Positions 9,865-20,270 are shown, counted from the first letter of the stretch. The stretch: 64,000 nucleotides of DNA from Candidatus Bathyarchaeia archaeon (GCA_038883715.1 JAVZLS010000002.1:73582-137581), one strand, 5' to 3'. Program-made: numbers and translations. The notes: generated by a model not told the origin, from the letters alone.

Positions 9865-10767
9865 CTAGTCCTCTTCAATAACTCTGTTTTCTAAAACGCC
9901 TATTCCTTCAATTTCTATTCTTACGGTGCTTCCGGGCTTCAGAAATTTTGGCTTCGGCTTCATGGCAAAGCCGACACCAGCCGGTGTCCCTGTGGCGATT
10001 ATGTCGCATGGCTCTAATGTCATGACTTTGCTTAAGTGGTGAACTATTTCGTAAACGTTAAAAACCATATTTTTCGTTGTTGAGTCTTGGCGAAGTTCCT
10101 TGTCCACCCATGTTCTAATGCGAAGGTTGGATGTGTCTGGCAGCTGGTTTTCCGTTGTTATGCATGGTCCGATAGGCGCAAAAGTGTCGAAACTTTTGCC
10201 TCTGGTCCATTGTCTATCCTTAAACTGAATGTCCCGCGCTGAAACATCATTTAAAATTGTGTATCCGAAAATATGTTTCCTCGCCTCTGAAACCGGCACA
10301 TTTTTACCTTTTCGCCCTATCACAATGGCTAACTCTGCCTCATAGTCGAGTTCCTTAACAAATCTTGGCTTAACAATATTCTCGTTTGGTCCAATTATGG
10401 TTGTGTGGGGCTTAAGAAAGATTATGGGTTCGTCTGGTATCTGTGTGTTTTGCTCCGCGGCATGGTCCCTATAATTCAGTCCTAAGCAGATGATTTTTGG
10501 CGGGTGAGCTATTGGCGCAAGAAGTCTTATCCCATTAACTGGCACAGAGTTTTTCTCGATGACATGTTCTGGAGCTTCCTCAAGAAGTCTTTCTACAGTT
10601 TTAATGGCTCTTTCCCCGCTTGTCACAAAGGTTTCTATCTTGCTTGGAAGCCGTCTGTGCACTGTTTTGGCGAGGCTTGGCAAGCAGACCACCCTTTTCT
10701 CATCGCTGGATAAAACACCGTAACTTTCCCTTTCTCCGTCCAAGTAGCGGACAAGCTTCATTGTCAT
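9865..10767 (-). CDS. Fumarylacetoacetate hydrolase family protein
   Basis: KIICLGLNYRDH, LDYEAEL, NDVSARD, GKSFDTF, ATGTPAGVG. Confidence 0.93.
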   Translation of the reverse strand: MTMKLVRYLDGERESYGVLSSDEKRVVCLPSLAKTVHRRLPSKIETFVTSGERAIKTVERLLEEAPEHVIEKNSVPVNGIRLLAPIAHPPKIICLGLNYRDHAAEQNTQIPDEPIIFLKPHTTIIGPNENIVKPRFVKELDYEAELAIVIGRKGKNVPVSEARKHIFGYTILNDVSARDIQFKDRQWTRGKSFDTFAPIGPCITTENQLPDTSNLRIRTWVDKELRQDSTTKNMVFNVYEIVHHLSKVMTLEPCDIIATGTPAGVGFAMKPKPKFLKPGSTVRIEIEGIGVLENRVIEED

Positions 10768-10829
10768 ACCTTCTTTTGGCTATGATAACGCTCAATAATT
10801 TTCACTTTTAGGATTGAAAATGTATAAAT

Positions 10830-11756
10830 GTGATTTGGAGAAGAGCATACGTTATGTATGTTAAAACAAGAAAATTAGCTCTTATAGAGGGCATAACTGC
10901 TGGCATCCTCTTTGGGACCTCAGCTATCTTCATAAGGTATCTCCAAAATTTTGATGCCTTTTCCATAGCCTTCTGGCGATTAATCATCGCTTGCATCGTG
11001 CTGGCTGTAGGGCTCTTTGTGCCTAGAAAAGCTTTCAGCTTTAGCCTTGTTAGGAAAAATTTGGGAAATTTTTTCGTTCTCAGTCTTTTTCTAGGTTTGC
11101 ACTTCATATTTTTCATATCCGCTGTTAAGGATACAACGATTTTAAATGCAACAGTTTTGGTTAACACAACCCCAATTTTTTCCCTAATTTTCTCAAGCCT
11201 ATTCTATAAAGCTAAACCTTCAAGCCTCGCTGTTTTTGGCATAGCCTTATCTTTTGTTGGCGCGTGCATTATTGCCTCCGCTGAAACCCAAATGGCTGGT
11301 GCTTCACTAAATAGCTTCTCTCCAAGACTAAAGGGGGATTTAGAAGCCACATTAGCTGCTATACTTGAAGCCTGCTTCCTTACTTATGGAAGAAAGATAA
11401 GGGGGTGCATGGACATAATCTCCATTATGCTTCCCATCTATTTTCTAACAGCGCTAATCGTAGGCGTGTTAGGATTGGCTGTCGCAAATAAAACTTTAGA
11501 GTCGCCGACAACGATAGAAAGTCTCCTTCCACTGGTTGGCTTAGGTGTCTTGCCAACGGCGGTAGCCCGCACTTTAGCTTTTTCTTCTCTCTCGGATCTA
11601 AAATCTTTTGAAACTGCAACCATGGCTTTGCTGGAACCATTAGGGGCAACATCCCTAGGCATAGTTCTATTTGGCGAGTGGCCTCTCCCAATTTTTGCGG
11701 TGGGAACGGCATTGATTTTGGCTGGAATAGTCTTCGTTTCCAGAGGGGAAGGCTGA
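10830..11756 (+). CDS. DMT/EamA family transporter (start possibly ATG at 10854)
   Basis: About 10 TM helices in two repeats; AFWR, NTTPIF, LLEPLGA. Confidence 0.88.
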   Translation: MIWRRAYVMYVKTRKLALIEGITAGILFGTSAIFIRYLQNFDAFSIAFWRLIIACIVLAVGLFVPRKAFSFSLVRKNLGNFFVLSLFLGLHFIFFISAVKDTTILNATVLVNTTPIFSLIFSSLFYKAKPSSLAVFGIALSFVGACIIASAETQMAGASLNSFSPRLKGDLEATLAAILEACFLTYGRKIRGCMDIISIMLPIYFLTALIVGVLGLAVANKTLESPTTIESLLPLVGLGVLPTAVARTLAFSSLSDLKSFETATMALLEPLGATSLGIVLFGEWPLPIFAVGTALILAGIVFVSRGEG

Positions 11757-11819
11757 AAGCTTTTACGAAACAGATAAAAGGCTTCACAATATATTGTGCA
11801 GAAAGCGGGTTGAAACCCA

Positions 11820-12215
11820 ATGGCGGCAAACGACAAGATATTGAAGGCTTTGGAATCCGCAACCAGCTACTTGGAAAAATCGGCTTCCGCGCTGAGCAGC
11901 GGAGACGAAAACTCCTTTACAAAGCATTTTTGGCATGTTGCCGCAGAACTGGAATACGCCCTTTTCCTGTTCTCCCTAATTTTCCAAGAAGAGAATGTTG
12001 ACAAGTCAAAGTGGAAGCCCAACCCAGACATGAAAAAGGATAATATCAATGGCGTTTTAGCCGAAGTTCGCAGCTTACTGGAAAACGCTAAAAAGTTTTT
12101 AACCAGCGGCAAGCTTTTAGACGCCTATAAGGGCATTTATGTGGCAAGACACTGTGTTTTCGCCGTTGAGGAGAATCTAGCCAAGAAAAAGCGTGAAAGC
12201 TCGAAAAATAAATAG
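11820..12215 (+). CDS. Hypothetical helical protein
   Basis: 131-aa ORF with natural composition; no confident family. Confidence 0.65.
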   Translation: MAANDKILKALESATSYLEKSASALSSGDENSFTKHFWHVAAELEYALFLFSLIFQEENVDKSKWKPNPDMKKDNINGVLAEVRSLLENAKKFLTSGKLLDAYKGIYVARHCVFAVEENLAKKKRESSKNK

Positions 12216-12219
12216 GCTA

Positions 12220-12495
12220 TTATTCTGGCAGCTTTCGCCCCTTAATCTTTAAGGCGCCTTCTTCCTCGCTTATAACCCTATAATATTCCTTAAGCTCGCT
12301 TTTATGTAGAAACTTTTTCAGAAGCACCCTCACGTACTGTTTTGGAAGGCTTTTCTCTTCGCTCTTCACTACAATATCATTTGTTAGGGTTTTAACTTCG
12401 GCGTTTGTCTTTTCTTTTAAGAATTCTGCCAGCTCTTTTACGATATCTCCGCCTTCAGCCTTAAGCTCAGACACATCAATTTTTATCTCAATCAT
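12220..12495 (-). CDS. Ribosomal protein eL22 (L22e)-like
   Basis: LAEFLKEK and KQYVRVLLKKFLHKSELKEYYRVIS align by eye with eukaryotic eL22 ([33 protein letters not shown]); ATG at 12495. Confidence 0.75.
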   Translation of the reverse strand: MIEIKIDVSELKAEGGDIVKELAEFLKEKTNAEVKTLTNDIVVKSEEKSLPKQYVRVLLKKFLHKSELKEYYRVISEEEGALKIKGRKLPE

Positions 12496-12519
12496 TCCAT
12501 CCCCCGCCTTCATTCTGGT

Positions 12520-13179
12520 TTACTTTCTAACCATTATAACCCTAACTTGGTCACATGCATCCTCGCATGCGTCTGCAATCATTTCTAAGGCTTCAAAAAG
12601 TTGACCAACTAAAACGGCGACTCCAGCCTTTTGGAGGTTCTCTTTTCCCAATAATGTTCTTGCCGTCTCGTGTAAGTCGTCAACTTTCTCCTCCTCCCTT
12701 TCCACGGCGTCTGCCGCTTGAAGGGCTTCTTCCGGCTTTGTTATTATCTTGTTTATGCACCTTTGGAGCATTATGGCACATTCCCTCACGCCTTTAGCCA
12801 TCTCCACAAACTCTTTTTTGATAGAGGCTGGCACATGCTCCATGGGCGTGGCCATTAAAACCCTTGTTGATTCTCTGCTCCAGTCTGCGACCATGTCCAC
12901 CCTCTTGACAAGGTGCATTATGTCTTCTCTGGCTGTTGGCGGTAACTCACCTTTCGACACTTCATCCATAACTTTTCTGCGTAGGCTGTCCGCCTCTCTT
13001 TCGCCGCTGGCAATTCTCTCTACACAGTTTCTTAGGGTTTTTGGGTCGCCGTCCACTGCCGCCTTAACGGCTTTTTCCAAGTCCTCAACTATGCTTGTTG
13101 TTATGGCGAGGTGTTGCTGTATCATTGTTAGGGCTTTCGTCTCCCTGCGCTTTTCAAACCATTTTATTAGTTCACTCAA
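12520..13179 (-). CDS. DUF47 family PhoU-like phosphate transport regulator
   Basis: EREADSLRR, REDI..L...D.VAD, EEKVDD and E.IADACED repeats. Confidence 0.88.
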   Translation of the reverse strand: MSELIKWFEKRRETKALTMIQQHLAITTSIVEDLEKAVKAAVDGDPKTLRNCVERIASGEREADSLRRKVMDEVSKGELPPTAREDIMHLVKRVDMVADWSRESTRVLMATPMEHVPASIKKEFVEMAKGVRECAIMLQRCINKIITKPEEALQAADAVEREEEKVDDLHETARTLLGKENLQKAGVAVLVGQLFEALEMIADACEDACDQVRVIMVRK

Positions 13180-14275
13180 CAGCCAACTCCTCCCTTAAGC
13201 CTAACTCCGGATAAGCGAACAAGTGGGCGCTTTCCGGTTGGAAACTTAAGGTAACCTTTTCCCCTATATTAAGCCATTCACAAGCCATGGAAGGCGTAAC
13301 GACAACTACTAAATCTTGATTTTCAAGCCTAACCTCGTACCTTACATTTGTTCCTTCAAAGGCAAACCTTTCAACAACACCCAACATGGCATTTTCATCC
13401 GCGTCCTTCCCCCGCTTAATGGTAAAAGTTTCTGGTCTGACGGCTAAAACCACTCTTTCACCCTTACTCATGCCTTTATTGACCGCTTGAACTTTTATGC
13501 CTCCTCGAAGCTCAATAACAGCCATCCGCCCCCTCGTTTCCGCTATGAAGCCTTCCAAAAAGTTTGAACCTCCAATGAAATTTGCCACAAAAATGCTCTG
13601 GGGGTTCATGTAAAGCTCTCGAGGCGTCCCCACTTGTAGGACCTTTCCCTTCTTCATAACGGCTATTCTGTCTGATATTGCCATAGCCTCCGACTGGTCA
13701 TGGGTTACATGTATGGCGGTTAACTCCAAATCCTTAGTCATGCGTCTAATCTCATATCTAAGCTCATTTCTAACCTTAGCGTCCAAATGCCCTAAAGGCT
13801 CGTCTAAAAGTAGCAGTTTTGCACCAGCAGCAAGTGCCCTTGCAACGGCCACCCTCTGCATCATTCCGCCACTTAACTCGCTTGGAAAAGCATCTAACCG
13901 CTCATGGAGTCTAACCATTTCCAAAACTTCATGTCCTATCCTTTCGGCTTTCTGCATGTCAAAACCCTTAACCCTTGGACCATAAGTGACGTTTTCCCAA
14001 GCGTTCATGTGGGGAAACAGCGCAAAAGTCTGAAAGACAAAGCCCACATCGCGGTCTTCAGGCGGGACATCATTCACAAGCCTATCGCCAATGTATATTT
14101 CGCCTTCGTCAGGCTCTATCAATCCAGCAATAAGCCTAAGTAAAGTGGTCTTTCCACAACCGCTCGGTCCAAGAATTGAGAAATACTCCTTATCCTTTAT
14201 GTGGAGGCTGACGTTGTCGACAGCCACAATTTTTCCAAACTTTTTCGTGACATTAACCAAGCGCACGTCTGGCAT
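13172..14275 (-). CDS. ABC transporter ATP-binding protein (PotA/FbpC/CysA class, TOBE domain)
   Basis: GPSGCGKTT, LSGG, LLLDEP, HVTHD; C-terminal OB folds. Confidence 0.93.
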   Translation of the reverse strand: MPDVRLVNVTKKFGKIVAVDNVSLHIKDKEYFSILGPSGCGKTTLLRLIAGLIEPDEGEIYIGDRLVNDVPPEDRDVGFVFQTFALFPHMNAWENVTYGPRVKGFDMQKAERIGHEVLEMVRLHERLDAFPSELSGGMMQRVAVARALAAGAKLLLLDEPLGHLDAKVRNELRYEIRRMTKDLELTAIHVTHDQSEAMAISDRIAVMKKGKVLQVGTPRELYMNPQSIFVANFIGGSNFLEGFIAETRGRMAVIELRGGIKVQAVNKGMSKGERVVLAVRPETFTIKRGKDADENAMLGVVERFAFEGTNVRYEVRLENQDLVVVVTPSMACEWLNIGEKVTLSFQPESAHLFAYPELGLREELAVE

Positions 14276-14277
14276 GC

Positions 14278-15969
14278 CTAGTACCTTCCCTTACCCTTAA
14301 CGATAAGCCTTAAGGCTAATAGGATTATGAAGGAGATTAATATTAAGAAACCGCAACCCAAACCAATCTCCAAAAATTTATCATAACTTTTAGTTTTCAT
14401 CCATTCCCTAACCCATTCTACAAGAAATACGGGGGCGGTCTGAAGCTGTCGGGTGACGGCCAGTGTGGCACCAGTTTCACTTACGCTTCTTGTGAAGACC
14501 ATTATAGCACCAGAAAGCATTGAATATTTAGTCAAGGGGAATATTATTGTTCTGAACACGCTTAAGGGTTTAGCCCCCAAGGTTCTTGACGCTTCCTCCA
14601 GCTCTATGCTTATCCTCTCGATGGCTGCTGACATAGATCTTACAAAATATGGGTAGGTTATGGCCAAATGTGCGAAAATGAGAAGCAAAATGTCCGGTAT
14701 GAAAGCCAAAGTCCCCCAGAAAAATCCAAGAGAAACGCCTAAAGCCGCTGATGGGATAATTATTGGGATGTCGATAAGCACGTTTAAGGCTGATGAAGTT
14801 TTTCCAAGACGTTTTCGTGCGACAATTATTGCCATTGGCAAGCCTATAAGGACATTTAAGACTGTTACGACGGCCCCAAGGGAATATGAAAGAACGAGGC
14901 TTTGCCAATACCTTCCCCAAGAATTAACCCCTGAAAGAGCGGTACATATTAAACCTGCTGACGCAGCTTTGAAAGCCGGTAGAGCTGCAAAAAGTGATGG
15001 AATTAGCACGATGATAAAGAAGATAAAGAGCGTGATGCCATTTCTTATTAGAACCGCAGAGGAATAGCTTATTTTCCTCTCAACTGTTGGCCAAGCCCTT
15101 TTGAATGGCAGTTTCAGTTTACCTCCAAGAACGCGTACTGCAGCAAAAATTAGGCATGAAATAACAATAAGAATAAGGCTCACAAAAACTGTTGCACCGA
15201 CATAAACATCTTTCGTGTTCTGGATAAATATAGGGCCGTTTTCAAATAGTATTTGACCAGTTTCAATGGACGTGGCAACCATCATGGTTGCCCCTGTTTC
15301 CGAAATGGACCTTGCAAAAGCCAAAATAAAAGCCGCAATCAAGGAAGGGTTTATAATTCCGAAAGTAACCGTTCTGGCAGTTGTGAAGGGTGGCGCGCCT
15401 AAGGTTCTCGATGCTTGTTCATATTCGATCTTATAATCCAGCAAAGCGCCAACAATCACCCTCACAACGACCGGATACGAGAATGTGAAATGCAGTAATG
15501 CAACAAGAAGCCAGCCTGGCGAAACAAGAGAGCCGCCAAAAAGTGCTGAGATTCCTTCGGGCTTGTACCAGAACAAAAGAAGCGAATAGCCGAGCACGGC
15601 TGTCGGCACGATAAAAGGGACGTCTGCAAGCGTGTCGAGAACGTTTATCCATTTGGATTTGCTTCGGGCTATGAGCCAAGCCATTGGAATGCCGGCAGCT
15701 ACATCCAAAATCGAAACCAAAACAGCCATGACAAAGGAATTTTTCACAGCGTCTAATGCCCGATTCATAAGTTGGCTGTCGCCAAAAATTTCCTGCATCG
15801 AGCCCCACTTAATTACTATACCTAAAATTGGCGGAATCAAAATTAGGGCGAAAAAGAGTATTACCGCGACTAAATAAACTCCATATTTGACAGTTGGCTT
15901 TGAGGAAAGCCTATCAAGCTTCTCCGTGAATTTTTTGGGCAAACTTACCAGCCTAAATCCGCTCGGCAA
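14278..15969 (-). CDS. ABC transporter permease with two fused TM domains (FbpB/ThiP/CysTW-like)
   Basis: Two EAA loops (EQASRTLGA, EEASRTLGA) and two RSxSETGAT motifs. Confidence 0.9.
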   Translation of the reverse strand: MPSGFRLVSLPKKFTEKLDRLSSKPTVKYGVYLVAVILFFALILIPPILGIVIKWGSMQEIFGDSQLMNRALDAVKNSFVMAVLVSILDVAAGIPMAWLIARSKSKWINVLDTLADVPFIVPTAVLGYSLLLFWYKPEGISALFGGSLVSPGWLLVALLHFTFSYPVVVRVIVGALLDYKIEYEQASRTLGAPPFTTARTVTFGIINPSLIAAFILAFARSISETGATMMVATSIETGQILFENGPIFIQNTKDVYVGATVFVSLILIVISCLIFAAVRVLGGKLKLPFKRAWPTVERKISYSSAVLIRNGITLFIFFIIVLIPSLFAALPAFKAASAGLICTALSGVNSWGRYWQSLVLSYSLGAVVTVLNVLIGLPMAIIVARKRLGKTSSALNVLIDIPIIIPSAALGVSLGFFWGTLAFIPDILLLIFAHLAITYPYFVRSMSAAIERISIELEEASRTLGAKPLSVFRTIIFPLTKYSMLSGAIMVFTRSVSETGATLAVTRQLQTAPVFLVEWVREWMKTKSYDKFLEIGLGCGFLILISFIILLALRLIVKGKGRY

Positions 15970-16106
15970 ACTAACATGCTTCTTTTTTCATTTGCAAAAT
16001 TTGCTGATAAGCTTTCCGTATAAGGGCAAATGTTTCATCTTGTTCAATTATGAAAATTATGAAAATAAGGAAAAAATTATAAAAATTGGGAGATGTTGCC
16101 CTTAAT

Positions 16107-16787
16107 TTAACCATTTTTGGATTTGCGTTTAGTGTAGATTATGGCTGTTGATACTATGGCTATTGCCACGGCTGTTGAGATGCATATAGACATGATTTCT
16201 ATTGGCAGGTTTGGCGGTGATAGCGGGTTTGATGATGACGTTCCTTGCCAAATGTTTGTGCTGGTTGCTTTAAAAGTAGCTGACATGGAGCCTTGAGTTA
16301 AAGTTACTTCCACAATGATTCCTGTTTCCTTGTCCCAGCAGTAGCTGAACTGCATGTCTCCTTGTGTTAGGCTTGCGTAGACAACGGTTCTGCTTGCTCC
16401 GGCATAAGTTCCTGTTTTTTCACCAGCAATGGTTACGCTGCTTCCTTCTACCGCTGGAATGATATCTCCGGTCCTTAAGTTTGCTGGTATAAGTGCTTGG
16501 AAAGTCGCGTTTCCAGTGCCGCTTGCAACGTCCCACGTCATGATTTCAGTCTGTTCTGCTCCATTGCTGAAGTGTGTTGTCACGCGTAACGTTGCAACTG
16601 TTCCCGCTGCTGATAGGCATTCCACTTTAACCCATTGGATAAACTCGCTTGGCAAATTGTTGCCCGAAACATATTCGCATTTTATCCAGTCATCTGCTTT
16701 AACGCCTAACTGCGCGGTAGCGTAAACTGAACCTAAACAGAGTAGAAAAAGGATGATGATTGTTCCCAGAGCAACTGCCTTACTCAT
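16107..16787 (-). CDS. Secreted, C-terminally membrane-anchored hypothetical protein
   Basis: Signal peptide; GVKADDWIKCEY...WDKETGIIVE beta domain; C-terminal TM followed by KRK. Confidence 0.75.
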   Translation of the reverse strand: MSKAVALGTIIILFLLCLGSVYATAQLGVKADDWIKCEYVSGNNLPSEFIQWVKVECLSAAGTVATLRVTTHFSNGAEQTEIMTWDVASGTGNATFQALIPANLRTGDIIPAVEGSSVTIAGEKTGTYAGASRTVVYASLTQGDMQFSYCWDKETGIIVEVTLTQGSMSATFKATSTNIWQGTSSSNPLSPPNLPIEIMSICISTAVAIAIVSTAIIYTKRKSKNG

Positions 16788-16803
16788 AGCGTTGACCCTC
16801 CCA

Positions 16804-18618
16804 TCATCCTCGTTTCACGATCATTGCGGCTATCACAGATGCAACCGCTACGATGGCAACCGACAATATCAGCCACCAGTAGCTTAATATGCCCGTAAAG
16901 TCAAAGCCGCCACCACCGGCTGCGCCACCGCCGCCGCTTAAATGCGCTGCTAACTGGTGGTAGCTGTGGTGGTATTGCACGTAGATTTGAGCGTATCCGC
17001 CAGCCTGACTTATCTGAAAGTCTATGGGCTGATCGTCTAATGTCACTTTTACGGCTGAAAGCGAACTAATCATTTCAACTGGTATGGTGATGTTGGCTAT
17101 TCCCGTTGTTCCGTCTGGACCGCCAACGTTTACGCTTAAAGTCATGCTTGTAGAGTTGAAGACCACGCCAAGCACAGAAGAGTTTGTTGAAACGTACATT
17201 CTCTTGTTTCGCCACTCTAGCTGCATGCGAATCCAACCTTCCGGCAAAACGGAGATGAAAGCGTTCAAACCAGTCGCTGCAGCCTCATGACCATCATCTA
17301 TGCCGTCACCATCCGTATCCCTTCTTATGGGGTCTGTCCGGAAAACTTTGATTTCAACACCGTCGCTGAGTCCATCCCCATCAGTATCTGGATTTAATAG
17401 ATTTAACGGGTAAGTTCCAACACCAGCCCGCTTTATGTTAAACTCATGCTCTTCCAAGTTGGTCAACCCGTCATTGTCATAGTCTTTGTAGATGTCTGTT
17501 GGATCCAGTGGGTTAAAGTATCCACAGAAAATTTCTTCGCGGTCAGATAGGCCGTCTCCGTCGCTGTCCGGGTTGGAGGATATTGGAAGGCTTAAGTCTA
17601 TAAGATATGGAACGTCTCTTATTGTTTTAATGAAGGCGGCTATGGAATCGTTGAGGGGCGACCATGTCCAACATTTGGCGCCATAAAAAATCGTGTGTTT
17701 GTTGCTTCCATCAACATTTATAGCTGTGATGTTACTACTATCCCACCAAATATTATATGGATGGTAATCATATCTTCCTCCATAATTAACTTCCGTGTAT
17801 GTTAGCATTGTTCCATTCGGCGCCCAATTTAAATGCATTGCAATGTTGTTTTCTGAGATATCAGCAATCTTGGTTAGGTTGGTTCCATCGGAGTTAATTA
17901 TCCAAACGCCAGTGTACGTTGTGAAGGCTATCTTGTCGTTTGATGGAGAAAACCTAACGCTAAACATCTGGTTATCTGTCCCCTCAAGTTCCAGAACCAG
18001 TGATCTCTCGCTTGTTTCGAGGTTGACTTTCCAAATGCGACTGAAATGGGTGTAGGGATATGTAGAATGGTTCTCTGCAAATTCTGTGTAAAGTAATGTT
18101 GTGCCATCCCTTGATAAGTCAAAGAATGTGGGTACGCATGAGGAGCAACTATTAACGTAGGTTATGAAAGTTGGATTGGTACCATCCAAGTTCTTTGAAT
18201 ATATTGCGGAAGAAGGAGCAAATACATAGCTGGCGTTGATGTAGAATATTTTTGAATCGTCTGGCGAAATAACAAAATTATCAAACACGCCTTGACCGCT
18301 ATAGCCCCACAGATTACAAGAGTCACTAATCGGCGACCAAGTGCTTGCGTTAATTACCACAAAACGGTCAGAACCAGCTATTAATAGTATCTCTCCAGAA
18401 GGGGACCATGCGATGCTTGTTGCGATCATGCCTCCAGAATTCCACATGATATGTCCATCTTCTGTTTGCCATACTTGAGGCGCAGGCCAATAAATGATCC
18501 TTGGATTGGCATTAACGGTAGATTCAGCTGCGTTTGAAAGAGGGATTCTGCAAAGTCCAAACATTGTTGAAGCAAGGATAAAGGTTATTGCGGCGATAGA
18601 CAATGATCTTTTTAACAT
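16804..18618 (-). CDS. Surface protein: TolB/PD40-like beta-propeller, DxDGDG Ca-binding repeats, C-terminal Ig-like domain, TM anchor
   Basis: WSPSG/ISPDD/FSPSN/WAPNG blade motifs; DSDGDGLSD, DYDNDGLTN, DTDGDGLSD, DTDGDGIDD; Gly linker and TM. Confidence 0.8.
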   Translation of the reverse strand: MLKRSLSIAAITFILASTMFGLCRIPLSNAAESTVNANPRIIYWPAPQVWQTEDGHIMWNSGGMIATSIAWSPSGEILLIAGSDRFVVINASTWSPISDSCNLWGYSGQGVFDNFVISPDDSKIFYINASYVFAPSSAIYSKNLDGTNPTFITYVNSCSSCVPTFFDLSRDGTTLLYTEFAENHSTYPYTHFSRIWKVNLETSERSLVLELEGTDNQMFSVRFSPSNDKIAFTTYTGVWIINSDGTNLTKIADISENNIAMHLNWAPNGTMLTYTEVNYGGRYDYHPYNIWWDSSNITAINVDGSNKHTIFYGAKCWTWSPLNDSIAAFIKTIRDVPYLIDLSLPISSNPDSDGDGLSDREEIFCGYFNPLDPTDIYKDYDNDGLTNLEEHEFNIKRAGVGTYPLNLLNPDTDGDGLSDGVEIKVFRTDPIRRDTDGDGIDDGHEAAATGLNAFISVLPEGWIRMQLEWRNKRMYVSTNSSVLGVVFNSTSMTLSVNVGGPDGTTGIANITIPVEMISSLSAVKVTLDDQPIDFQISQAGGYAQIYVQYHHSYHQLAAHLSGGGGAAGGGGFDFTGILSYWWLILSVAIVAVASVIAAMIVKRG

Positions 18619-18878
18619 GATGTTTCCCTCATACTTTTAGTGTTTATTACGAAAGCATACTCTAAAAGACTTACGCACAACAAATTCTAAAAATTCATCA
18701 AAATTTCAACTAAACTTCATGCAACATTCTGAACATATTGCAAAGATCCGACGTCACACAACAAATTTTTATGTGTCAGTTCGCCCGTCGAGTCATATCA
18801 CAGCTTATGCCAAAGCTCTATTGACTCTCCAGCTCATCATCCAAAATTAAAATGTAAATAATCCAATTTAAGGCTTAT

Positions 18879-19268
18879 TTAGGTATCCTTTTTCTTTCGC
18901 CTTCTTAATAAATCCAAATATTCTTTCATTGATTTTTCAATATCCCATCTAAATCCAAGCTCTCCAAAGGTTGCATTCCACCAGCTTATAAATCTCTTTA
19001 AAGAAATCTTCACAAAAAGCATGAAAGTGGCCGTCGGAATAATTAATACCAATAAAATGTTCAGTGGAAACCTAAAAGTCGCGATAAAATATAAGCTTAG
19101 CAAAAACTCCCCTACCAAAAATATTGGCACTAAAATTCCCCAGAAAATGCCACCAGCCCCCTCAAGGAAGTCTGTTCCCGGAATTTTCAAAATTAACCTA
19201 TAAAACCATGGCAAGTCTTTCTCTTCAATACGCCTCAATTCGTCTTCCTTTTCTTTCATGGAAACCAT
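18879..19268 (-). CDS. Small membrane protein (2 TM)
   Basis: Hydrophobic hairpin with basic C-terminus; resembles 39290..39694. Confidence 0.65.
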   Translation of the reverse strand: MVSMKEKEDELRRIEEKDLPWFYRLILKIPGTDFLEGAGGIFWGILVPIFLVGEFLLSLYFIATFRFPLNILLVLIIPTATFMLFVKISLKRFISWWNATFGELGFRWDIEKSMKEYLDLLRRRKKKDT

Positions 19269-19343
19269 ACACTTTAACGATTTTGTAAGACTTAAGCTTT
19301 ACATTGAAAATATGCTGGAATGGGACACTGCTTTTACCCCGGG

Positions 19344-20159
19344 CTAGCCTTCCACAACTCCAATCTTAGTTACTGACAGTCCCCTTCTTTCCAATTCATG
19401 GATAAAAGGGTTTATCCCCAGCGAGTCGCTAGCAATATGCCCGGTCACTATCAAGTTGCCTTTACCCTCCGCCTTCAGTTTTTCCAGGTCCGATGGGCTT
19501 ATGTGAATGTAAATTAGCGTGTTGACACCGTGCTCAAAGTACGTTTTAGCAATTTCATACCCTCCGTTAGTGGCTGCCGCATGGGAAACAACAACTTTTC
19601 CAGCCTTGTTTTCAACTTTTCCAAGGCAAACACTGACTTTTGTAAGGGAGTTTCTGAATTCCGGAAGCCCCATCAAGGCGGAAACCACATCTCCAACCGT
19701 AGAGTCTTCTCCCACTTTTTTGTTGATCTGCTCAACCATCCGTTTTCTCCCAATCTCGTCTAAAGGCATATGTATATTCATAAAGGGTATCTTCAAAAGC
19801 CTTGCAAAATCCACGGCATGAGCATAATTTCGAGCATGTGCTTCTACACTCAATTGTTCAAATTTCCTTTTTACAGCCATTTCAGCCTTTTCCAGTGGAA
19901 CACCAGCGTCCACCATCTGCTGAACATGCCTCATAAAAACCCTTGGAAAGCCAAGAATAGCTGATCCGCCAGCCGGGTGATGAGCTATGACGACGTCGTA
20001 GCCTAGCTGCTTGGCAAGTAGAAGCTCTACTGGTCCAGCATCTATGCAGAACAAGACTCGCCGGATGTTTTCGCCTTCAATGTAGATGGTGCTGTCCTCT
20101 GGGATTTCAGTTAAACCAGCAAGCTTTAGGGCTAACTCCATAATCTCTTCAGCGTTCAA
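19344..20159 (-). CDS. NIF3-like dinuclear metal-centre protein
   Basis: CID, IAHHP, NIHMPLD, GHIASDSLG; TTG start after AGGAGAGTGAG. Confidence 0.8.
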   Translation of the reverse strand: MNAEEIMELALKLAGLTEIPEDSTIYIEGENIRRVLFCIDAGPVELLLAKQLGYDVVIAHHPAGGSAILGFPRVFMRHVQQMVDAGVPLEKAEMAVKRKFEQLSVEAHARNYAHAVDFARLLKIPFMNIHMPLDEIGRKRMVEQINKKVGEDSTVGDVVSALMGLPEFRNSLTKVSVCLGKVENKAGKVVVSHAAATNGGYEIAKTYFEHGVNTLIYIHISPSDLEKLKAEGKGNLIVTGHIASDSLGINPFIHELERRGLSVTKIGVVEG

Positions 20160-20270
20160 GGACTCACTCTCCTTTAGGAACCAGATAATTTTTCTAGCTA
20201 TCTATTTATGAGTTCTGCAAAATTTTATCAATCTACAGCCCAAAATAATCAGTTGTGGACGCGTGACGTT

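Noticed and set aside
11820-12215. HEPN-like assignment for the 131-aa protein
   Set aside because: Only a vague helical resemblance, with no catalytic motif or MNT partner
18676-18767. 11-bp direct repeat CACAACAAATT (18676 and 18757)
   Set aside because: Only two copies in AT-rich DNA; no support as an operator, att site or CRISPR repeat
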